This document shows positions 56,373 through 64,000 of a DNA stretch of 64,000 nt, piece after piece. How positions within the stretch are numbered: the first letter of the stretch is position 1; each line of letters starts with the position of its first letter. The translations under genes and the position numbers were made by a program. Below the pieces are notes generated by a model. That model saw only the letters and a program-made list of their open reading frames with translations, was not told the DNA's origin and did not search any database. The stretch is from Eledone cirrhosa (taxonomy: Eukaryota), in contig OZ024742.1 in the NCBI GenBank assembly GCA_964016885.1, positions 992,001-1,056,000 of the forward strand, written 5' to 3'.

Positions 56373-56554
56373 ATAGGTCAAAATGTCGAAGCTTCTCATG
56401 GGACTTACACTCCTTCTTCAGCAGAAGGGGAAATGACCTTAAGATGGCCAATATTTAATAGAAATTCTTCAAAATAGCATCTATTCCATTGTTGTTGTTT
56501 TAAACAAAAGAGACATTTAAAACAATTGGAAGCTTCAATAGAGAAGAGTACTGT

Positions 56555-56613
56555 AGAGTGGAGTGGAGTACCATAGAGTGGAGTGGAGTGGAGTACAGTA
56601 GAGTGGAGTAGAG
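56555..56613. repeat. Degenerate (GGAGT)n pentanucleotide repeat
   Basis: agagtggagtggagtaccatagagtggagtggagtggagtacagtagagtggagtagag. Confidence 0.8.
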
Positions 56614-56728
56614 CTGGTTAAGACTGTTTTCGTTGGGGACTAATTAAAACTTTAACAATGTGGTGGGGAAAAGACGTCTTATATATATCAGTAACAGACA
56701 ATGGTGCTATCTTATACCAACACATACA

Positions 56729-56777
56729 TGTATATGTGTGTGTGTTGCTATATATTTATGTGTGTGTGTGTGTGTGT
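56729..56777. repeat. Interrupted (GT)n/(AT)n microsatellite
   Basis: Direct reading. Confidence 0.8.
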
Positions 56778-56852
56778 ATTTGCTTATTACTAAAGAATTC
56801 AAACACTTAAGTAAATGGGAAAACCATTACCAACAACACAGAGTTCAGGAAT

Positions 56853-56888
56853 ACAGACAGACAGTTAGACTGACAGACAGACAGACAG
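56853..56888. repeat. (GACA)n tetranucleotide microsatellite
   Basis: acagacagacagttagactgacagacagacagacag. Confidence 0.85.
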
Positions 56889-56967
56889 TCTGAGTCAGTA
56901 CTGAAAGCCTGTCTTGGTTGAGATTGCCAGTCATAACACAAGACAGATGGTTAGAACAAGAAATGTT

Positions 56968-57040
56968 TGTGGCTGAACATTCTACAGACACATATACCTT
57001 TAACATAGTTCTCAGGGAGATTCAGTATGGATTACAGGTA
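56968..57040 (-). mobile_element. Decayed SINE fragment (cephalopod-type)
   Basis: GTGGCTGAACATTCTACAGACACATATACCTTTAACATAGTTCTCAGGGAGATTCAG matches my recollection of an abundant Octopus SINE in antisense. There is no second copy in the window to confirm it. Confidence 0.45.
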
Positions 57041-57085
57041 GTCTGACAGAGCTTCTGGACATTTAACAACAATCGCTGCCACCGC

Positions 57086-60000
57086 TTGGACCAATCCCAC
57101 TGTCTGACCAACAGTGACAAGGTCTTACATTGGACCAATCCCACTCTCTGACCAACAGTGACAAGGCCTTACATTGGACCAATCCCACTCTGACCAACAG
57201 TGACAAGGTCTTACATTGGACCAATCCCACTCTCTGACCAACAGTGACAAGGTCTTACATTGGACCAATCCCACTCTGACCAACAGTGACAAGGTCTTAC
57301 ATTGGACCAATCCCACTCTGACCAACAGTGACAAGGTCTTACATTGGACCAATCCCACTCTCTGACCAACAGTGACAAGGTCTTACATTGGACCAATCCC
57401 ACTCTGACCAACAGTGACAAGGCCTTACATTGGACCAATCCGACTGACCAACAGTGACAAGGTCTTACATTGGACCAATCCCACTCTCTGACCAACAGTG
57501 ACAAGGCCTTACATTGGACCAATCCCACTCTGACCAACAGTGACAAGGTCTTACATTGGACCAATCCCACTCTCTGACCAACAGTGACAAGGTCTTACAT
57601 TGGACCAATCCCACTCTGACCAACAGTGACAAGGCCTTACATTGGACCAATCCGACTCTGACCAACAGTGACAAGGTCTTACATTGGACCAATCCCACTC
57701 TCTGACCAACAGTGACAAGGCCTTACATTGGACCAATCCGACTCTGACCAACAGTGACAAGGTCTTACATTGGACCAATCCCACTCTCTGACCAACAGTG
57801 ACAAGGTCTTACATTGGACCAATCCCACTCTGACCAACAGTGACAAGGTCTTACATTGGACCAATCCCACTCTCTGACCAACAGTGACAAGGTCTTACAT
57901 TGGACCAATCCCACTCTGACCAACAGTGACAAGGCCTTACATTGGACCAATCCGACTCTGACCAACAGTGACAAGGTCTTACATTGGACCAATCCCACTC
58001 TCTGACCAACAGTGACAAGGCCTTACATTGGACCAATCCCACTCTGACCAACAGTGACAAGGTCTTACATTGGACCAATCCCACTCTCTGACCAACAGTG
58101 ACAAGGTCTTACATTGGACCAATCCCACTCTGACCAACAGTGACAAGGTCTTACATTGGACCAATCCCACTCTCTGACCAACAGTGACAAGGTCTTACAT
58201 TGGACCAATCCCACTCTCTGACCAACAGTGACAAGGTCTTACATTGGACCAATCCCACTCTCTGACCAACAGTGACAAGGTCTTACATTGGACCAATCCC
58301 ACTCTGACCAACAGTGACAAGGCCTTACATTGGACCAATCCCACTCTCTGACCAACAGTGACAAGGTCTTACATTGGACCAATCCCACTCTGACCAACAG
58401 TGACAAGGCCTTACATTGGACCAATCCGACTCTGACCAATAGTGACAAGGTCTTACATTGGACCAATCCTACTCTCTGACCAACAGTGACAAGGCCTTAC
58501 ATTGGACCAATCCCACTCTGACCAACAGTTACAAGGCCTTACATTGGACCAATCCTACTCACTGACCAACAGTGACAAGGCCTTACACTGGACCAATCCT
58601 ACTCACTGACCAACAGTTACAAGGCCTTACATTGGACCAATCCTACTCTCTGACCAACAGTGACAAGGCCTTACATTGGACCAATCCCACTCTGACCAAC
58701 AGTGACAAGGCCTTACATTGAACCAATCCCACTCTCTGACCAACAGTGACAAGGCCTTACATTGGACCAATCCCACTGTCTGACCAACAGTGACAAGGTC
58801 TTACACTGGACCAATCCCACTGACCAACAGTGACAAGGCCTTACATTGGACCAATCCCACTCTGACCAACAGTGACAAGGTCTTACATTGGACCAATCCC
58901 ACTGACCAACAGTGACAAGGCCTTACATTGGACCAATCCCACTGACCAACAGTGACAAGGCCTTACATTGGACCAATCCCACTCTGACCAACAGTGACAA
59001 GGTCTTACATTGGACCAATCCCACTCTGACCAACAGTGACAAGGTCTTACACTGGACCAATCCTACTCTCTGACCAACAGTGACAAGGCCTTACATTGGA
59101 CCAATCCCACTGTCTGACCAACTGTGACAAGGTCTTACATTGGACCAATCCCACTGTCTGACCAACTGTGACAAGGTCTTACATTGGACCAATCCCACTG
59201 TCTGACCAACAGTGACAAGGCCTTACATTGGACCAATCCCACTCTCTGACCAACAGTGACAAGGCCTTACACTGGACCAATCCCAGTCTCTAACCAACAG
59301 TGACAAGGCCTTACACTGGACCAATCCCACTGTCTGACCAACAGTGACAAGGCCTTACACTGGACCAATCCCAGTCTCTGACCAACAGTGACAAGGCCTT
59401 ACACTGGACCAATCCCAGTCTCTGACCAACAGTGACAAGGTCTTACACTGGACCAATCCCAGTCTCTGACCAACAGTGACAAGGCCTTACACTGGACCAA
59501 TCCCAGTCTCTGACCAACAGTGACAAGGCCTTACACTGGACCAATCCCAGTCTCTGACCAACAGTGACAAGGCCTTACACTGGACCAATCCCAGTCTCTG
59601 ACCAACAGTGACAAGGTCTTACACTGGACCAATCCCAGTCTCTGACCAACAGTGACAAGGCCTTACACTGGACCAATCCCAGTCTCTGACCAACAGTGAC
59701 AAGGCCTTACACTGGACCAATCCCAGTCTCTGACCAACAGTGACAAGGCCTTACACTGGACCAATCCCAGTCTCTGACCAACAGTGACAAGGTCTTACAC
59801 TGGACCAATCCCAGTCTCTGACCAACAGTGACAAGGTCTTACACTGGACCAATCCCAGTCTCTGACCAACAGTGACAAGGCCTTACACTGGACCAATCCC
59901 ACTCTGACCAACAGTGACAAGGTCTTACATTGGACCAATCCTACTCTCTGACCAACAGTGACAAGGTCTTACACTGGACCAATCCCAGTCTCTGACCAAC

Positions 60001-62359
60001 AGTGACAAGGCCTTACATTGGACCAATCCCAGTCTCTGACCAACAGTGACAAGGTCTTACACTGGACCAATCCCACTCTCTGACCAACAGTGACAAGGTC
60101 TTACACTGGACCAATCCTACTCTCTGACCAACAGTGACAAGGCCTTACATTGGACCAATCCTACTCTCTGACCAACAGTGACAAGGCCTTACACTGGACC
60201 AATCCCACTCTCTGACCAACAGTGACAAGGTCTTACACTGGACCAATCCTACTCTCTGACCAACAGTGACAAGGCCTTACATTGGACCAATCCTACTCTC
60301 TGACCAACAGTGACAAGGTCTTACACTGGACCAATCCCAGTCTCTGACCAACAGTGACAAGGTCTTACACTGGACCAATCCCAGTCTCTGACCAACAGTG
60401 ACAAGGCCTTACACTGGACCAATCCCACTCTGACCAACAGTGACAAGGCCTTACACTGGACCAATCCCAGTCTCTGACCAACAGTGACAAGGTCTTACAC
60501 TGGACCAATCCCAGTCTCTGACCAACAGTGACAAGGCCTTACATTGGACCAATCCCAGTCTCTGACCAACAGTGACAAGGTCTTACACTGGACCAATCCC
60601 ACTCTGACCAACAGTGACAAGGCCTTACACTGGACCAATCCCAGTCTCTGACCAACAGTGACAAGGCCTTACATTGGACCAATCCCAGTCTCTGACCAAC
60701 AGTGACAAGGCCTTACACTGGACCAATCCCACTCTGACCAACAGTGACAAGGCCTTACACTGGACCAATCCCACTCTGACCAACAGTGACAAGGCCTTAC
60801 ACTGGACCAATCCCAGTCTCTGACCAACAGTGACAAGGTCTTACACTGGACCAATCCCAGTCTCTGACCAACAGTGACAAGGTCTTACACTGGACCAATC
60901 CCAGTCTCTGACCAACAGTGACAAGGCCTTACACTGGATCAATCCCACTCTGACCAACAGTGACAAGGCCTTACACTGGACCAATCCCACTCTGACCAAC
61001 AGTGACAAGGCCTTACACTGGATCAATCCCAGTCTCTGACCAACAGTGACAAGGTCTTACACTGGACCAATCCCAGTCTCTGACCAACAGTGACAAGGCC
61101 TTACATTGGACCAATCCCACTCTCTGACCAACAGTGACAAGGCCTTACACTGGACCAATCCCACTCTGACCAACAGTGACAAGGCCTTACACTGGACCAA
61201 TCCCAGTCTCTGACCAACAGTGACAAGGCCTTACACTTGACCAATCCCACTCTCTGACCAACAGTGACAAGGCCTTACATTGGACCAATCCCACTCTGAC
61301 CAACAGTGACAAGGCCTTACATTGGACCAATCCCACTCTGACCAACAGTGACAAGGCCTTACATTGGACCAATCCCACTCTCTGACCAACAGTGACAAGG
61401 CCTTACATTGGACCAATCCCACTCTGACCAACAGTGACAAGGCCTTACATTGGACCAATCCCACTCTCTGACCAACAGTGACAAGGCCTTACATTGGACC
61501 AATCCCACTCTCTGACCAACAGTGACAAGGCCTTACATTGGACCAATCCCACTCTGACCAACAGTGACAAGGCCTTACATTGGACCAATCCCACACTGAC
61601 CAACAGTGACAAGGTCTTACACTGGATCAATCCCACTCTCTGACCAACAGTGACAAGGTCTTACACTGGATCAATCCCACTCTCTGACCAACAGTGACAA
61701 GGCCTTACACTGGATCAATCCCACTCTCTGACCAACAGTGACAAGGCCTTACACTGGATCAATCCCACTCTCTGACCAACAGTGACAAGGCCTTACATTG
61801 GACCAATCCCACTCTCTGACCAACAGTGACAAGGCCTTACATTGGACCAATCCCACTCTCTGACCAACAGTGACAAGGCCTTACACTGGATCAATCCCAC
61901 TCTCTGACCAACAGTGACAAGGTCTTACACTGGATCAATCCCACTCTCTGACCAACAGTGACAAGGCCTTACACTGGATCAATCCCACTCTCTGACCAAC
62001 AGTGACAAGGCTTTACACTGGATCAATCCCACTCTCTGACCAACAGTGACAAGGCCTTACATTGGACCAATCCCACTCTCTGACCAACAGTGACAAGGCC
62101 TTACACTGGACCAATCCTACTCTCTGACCAACAGTGACAAGGCCTTACATTGGACCAATCCTACTCTCTGACCAACAGTGACAAGGCCTTACATTGGACC
62201 AATCCTACTCTCTGACCAACAGTGACAAGGCCTTACATTGGACCAATCCTACTCTCTGACCAACAGTGACAAGGCCTTACACTGGATCAATCCTACTCTC
62301 TGACCAACAGTGACAAGGCCTTACACTGGACCAATCCCAGTCTCTGACCAACAGTGACA
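57086..62359. repeat. Satellite IV: 40/42/44-bp tandem array, consensus TGGACCAATCCCACTC(TC)TGACCAACAGTGACAAGG[C/T]CTTACA[T/C], ~120 units
   Basis: Head-to-tail monomers. Length varies by TC dinucleotides. Palindromes ATTGG-A-CCAAT and AAGGCCTT occur in many units. Confidence 0.98.
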
Positions 62360-62500
62360 GGTATCAAGGTCAACATCATTGGTTGCCATCGCGTCACATC
62401 AGTTTTCCTTCTAGAATGTCTTAACAATAACTAGGGGTCGTTCAGTGGGGTAACCCGCGGTCTCACACCAAACCAAATATTTCCATGTCCCCACACATAC

Positions 62501-62684
62501 ATCAGTATCGCCATTTAATGTTCATTTTTCTACGCTAGCATGGCTTAGGCAAGTTGTTTTGTTGTGATACAAGCCAGATCAGGTGACGATGTCTTTCTCA
62601 TACAGAACTAATTTGGGCTTGGTTTCTACAGCTGGATGCCCTTCCTAATGCCAACCACATTTACAGTGTGTACTGGGTGTTTTT
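62501..62684 (-). mobile_element. SINE/LINE 3' fragment with RTE-type tail, same family as 42118-42230
   Basis: Reverse complement reads ...GTGGTTGGCATTAGGAAGGGCATCCAGCTGTAGAAACC...CCATGCTAGCGTAGAAAAATGAACATTAAATGGCGATACTGAT, aligning with the + strand copy at 42118-42230. Confidence 0.7.
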
Positions 62685-62694
62685 GCTGTCCTAA

Positions 62695-62800
62695 ATATAT
62701 ATACATATATACAAAAATATATGTAACTGTATATTCATATATACACACACACATATACAAAAATATATCTAACTGTATATACATATACACACACACACAT
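62695..62800. repeat. Compound (AT)n/(AC)n low-complexity tract with an internal ~45-bp duplication
   Basis: atatacaaaaatatatgtaactgtatattcatatatacacacac is followed by atatacaaaaatatatctaactgtatatacatatacacacacac. Confidence 0.8.
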
Positions 62801-62826
62801 AAGATCATTGAAAATGATTTTATAGG

Positions 62827-62832
62827 ACTTAC
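62827..62832 (-). promoter_or_regulatory. 5' splice donor (GG|GTAAGT) of the myosin IX exon
   Basis: + strand ACTTAC is a perfect GTAAGT donor directly after the exon. Confidence 0.9.
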
Positions 62833-62927
62833 CCATGAACCATTCCATATTCTTTATAATTAACTTGGATAAATTTCCCAAATCGACTAGAATTATTGTT
62901 ATGTACCGTTTTTGCATTTCCAAATGC
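62833..62927 (-). CDS. MYO9: Internal 95-bp coding exon of an unconventional class IX myosin (motor domain, switch I): [31 protein letters not shown](G)
   Basis: Open frame between a canonical acceptor (TTTTCTGTACTTTTCAG) and donor (GTAAGT), with phase 0 start and phase 2 end. [19 protein letters not shown] is the invariant myosin switch-I motif. [16 protein letters not shown] matches class IX (MYO9A/B) sequences as I know them. Myosin identity is near certain and the class is slightly less so. The supplied ORF 62735-62923 overlaps in the wrong frame. Confidence 0.93.
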
Positions 62928-62960
62928 CTGAAAAGTACAGAAAATTAAACAATTATAACA
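62928..62960 (-). promoter_or_regulatory. 3' splice acceptor, polypyrimidine tract and likely branch region of the myosin IX exon
   Basis: Minus strand reads TGTTATAATTGTTTAATTTTCTGTACTTTTCAG|GCA. Confidence 0.85.
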
Positions 62961-63010
62961 ACATTTTAATACATATTAAATAATCTAATATAACACACAC
63001 TTAGTATGGT

Positions 63011-63033
63011 TGTGTGTGTGTATGTATGTGTAT

Positions 63034-63080
<47 letters not shown>
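63011..63080. repeat. (GT)n tract followed directly by (CA)22
   Basis: Direct reading. The pure CA run spans 63037-63080. Confidence 0.92.
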
Positions 63081-63082
<2 letters not shown>

Positions 63083-63411
63083 GGGAGGGCACAAAGACAA
63101 ACTCAACGGAAAAACGAAGCATCTCTTCTCTTCAGTCAACCTCTGGAAATCATTATAGTATCAGTACATTAAGGTTGATACTATCCATTCCAATGCACAT
63201 TGGAACCCAACAAAACAGGGAGACACAGGACAAGTTTTACCTTTCAGCAAATTACACAAACACAAAGAAATGTGACAAACCAATGTGCTTCAACTGAAAG
63301 AGTTAGAAGTGTCGTGCACCGTAGCTTAGGGGAAAATAGAAAAATATATTTAGACTTCAGTTTTACTTACAAAGACATAGAGGAATGACAGGGAGGCAGA
63401 GGATGGGGAGG

Positions 63412-63429
63412 GAGAGAGAGAGAGAGAGA
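63412..63429. repeat. (GA)n microsatellite
   Basis: Direct reading. Confidence 0.88.
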
Positions 63430-63948
63430 TATCGGAAGTCTATTGTTGATAGGTGTGTGTGTGCTACAGAGACATTGCCATTCAACTACATCAGAGTCTG
63501 ACACACTTCACTATCTTCATACATTCACAGTTTTGAACAAACAAACATTCTAACCCTTCCATGTTTATCTCTTTTCCTATCTCCTTCTGACATACAACTT
63601 TCCAAAATGGCTGGCTAACTATACATGTGTTTCCCTTCTGGAAAAAGTTTTTTTTTCTGTTTTTATTTCTTTGCTTACTCTCATATATATCTCTCTCATT
63701 CTACCTTCCAATAAAGGACTAATGTCCGAAACATAAAGAAACTGATCCTACTCTATAAAGCACTAAACTATATACAGATCTAAACTAGCCCAAATCCCAC
63801 CACACAAAATACAGTTACCCATTATAACTGAAACTCACCCACAATACAGGTAGTATGAGGACAAATATCATCAGATCACAATCACACTTCATTCCTGCTA
63901 AGTTGTGGTAACCAGATAAATTAGTACCGTTGCCCAACCAATGGCAGT

Positions 63949-63966
63949 ATGATAATGATGATGATG
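63949..63966. repeat. (GAT)n short tract
   Basis: atgataatgatgatgatg. Confidence 0.7.
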
Positions 63967-64000
63967 TTTATATATATAACCCAACAACACAAATATAATT

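Noticed and set aside
56375-56439. Minus-strand hammerhead-like string CTGAAGA-AGGA...TCC-CAT-GAGA-AGCT-TC with flanking AGGTCA/TGACCT
   Set aside because: GAAA is absent, stem II is out of register and proximal stem I does not pair. Too degenerate to support.
56403-56500. Minus-strand GTAAGT donor at 56403-56408 as a candidate next myosin exon
   Set aside because: The only open frame (CYFEEFLLNIGHLKVISPSAEEG) has no similarity to the expected EKYLLEKSR segment, and there is no good acceptor.
57125-61636. Cys/Trp-rich ORFs in satellite IV (WDWSNVRPCHC and GLVQCKTLSLLV)
   Set aside because: They are translations of 42-bp monomers broken by 44-mers, and many overlap in different frames.
96-62359. 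CRISPR-like arrays
   Set aside because: Monomers are directly adjacent with no unique spacers, there are no cas genes, and the context is eukaryotic.
57065-62395. Similar strings on both sides of satellite IV (CAACAATCGCTGCCACCGC and CATCATTGGTTGCCATCGC) as a target-site duplication
   Set aside because: Only about 14/19 identical, not flush with the right array end, and a similar string occurs in the trinucleotide tract near 41630.
63241-63293. 53-bp minus-strand segment with a plausible acceptor (CTCTTTCAG) and donor (AAG|GTAAAA)
   Set aside because: All three frames contain stops, so it is not coding. A cryptic or poison exon cannot be supported without RNA data.
56660-63388. ORFs at 56660, 62626, 62636, 62735, 63010 and 63200
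   Set aside because: They are dominated by microsatellite-derived CV/YI/HT runs. 62735-62923 overlaps the true exon in the wrong frame.
63833-63900. Minus-strand ...LPVLW|GTGAGT as the preceding myosin exon (expected ...GAGPVLE)
   Set aside because: Only PVL matches and the upstream residues are unrelated. The true upstream exon probably lies beyond the window.

Overview
Eukaryotic (animal) genomic DNA, not prokaryotic. About 59 of the 64 kb are four tandem-repeat arrays: a 27/29-bp satellite (~41.4 kb, with nested higher-order duplications), a 59-bp satellite (~3.3 kb), an AT-rich 31/41/43-bp satellite (~9 kb) and a 42/44-bp satellite (~5.3 kb). A 19-bp minisatellite is cut by the left edge. 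The short unique spacers hold decayed SINE fragments, an RTE-clade LINE remnant with an internal inverted duplication, a tiny Tc1/mariner-pogo-like MITE and microsatellites. The SINE fragments resemble Octopus/coleoid cephalopod families as I recall them, so the taxon is an inference. None of the supplied ORFs is a credible gene. There is one real coding exon that the ORF track does not show in the right frame: 62833-62927 on the minus strand, with canonical splice sites, encoding [32 protein letters not shown], the switch-I region of a class IX myosin motor. I could not find the next myosin exon in the window, so the satellite block appears to lie inside one >62.8-kb intron. The most speculative lead is that the 59-bp monomer has a degenerate minimal-hammerhead-ribozyme layout.
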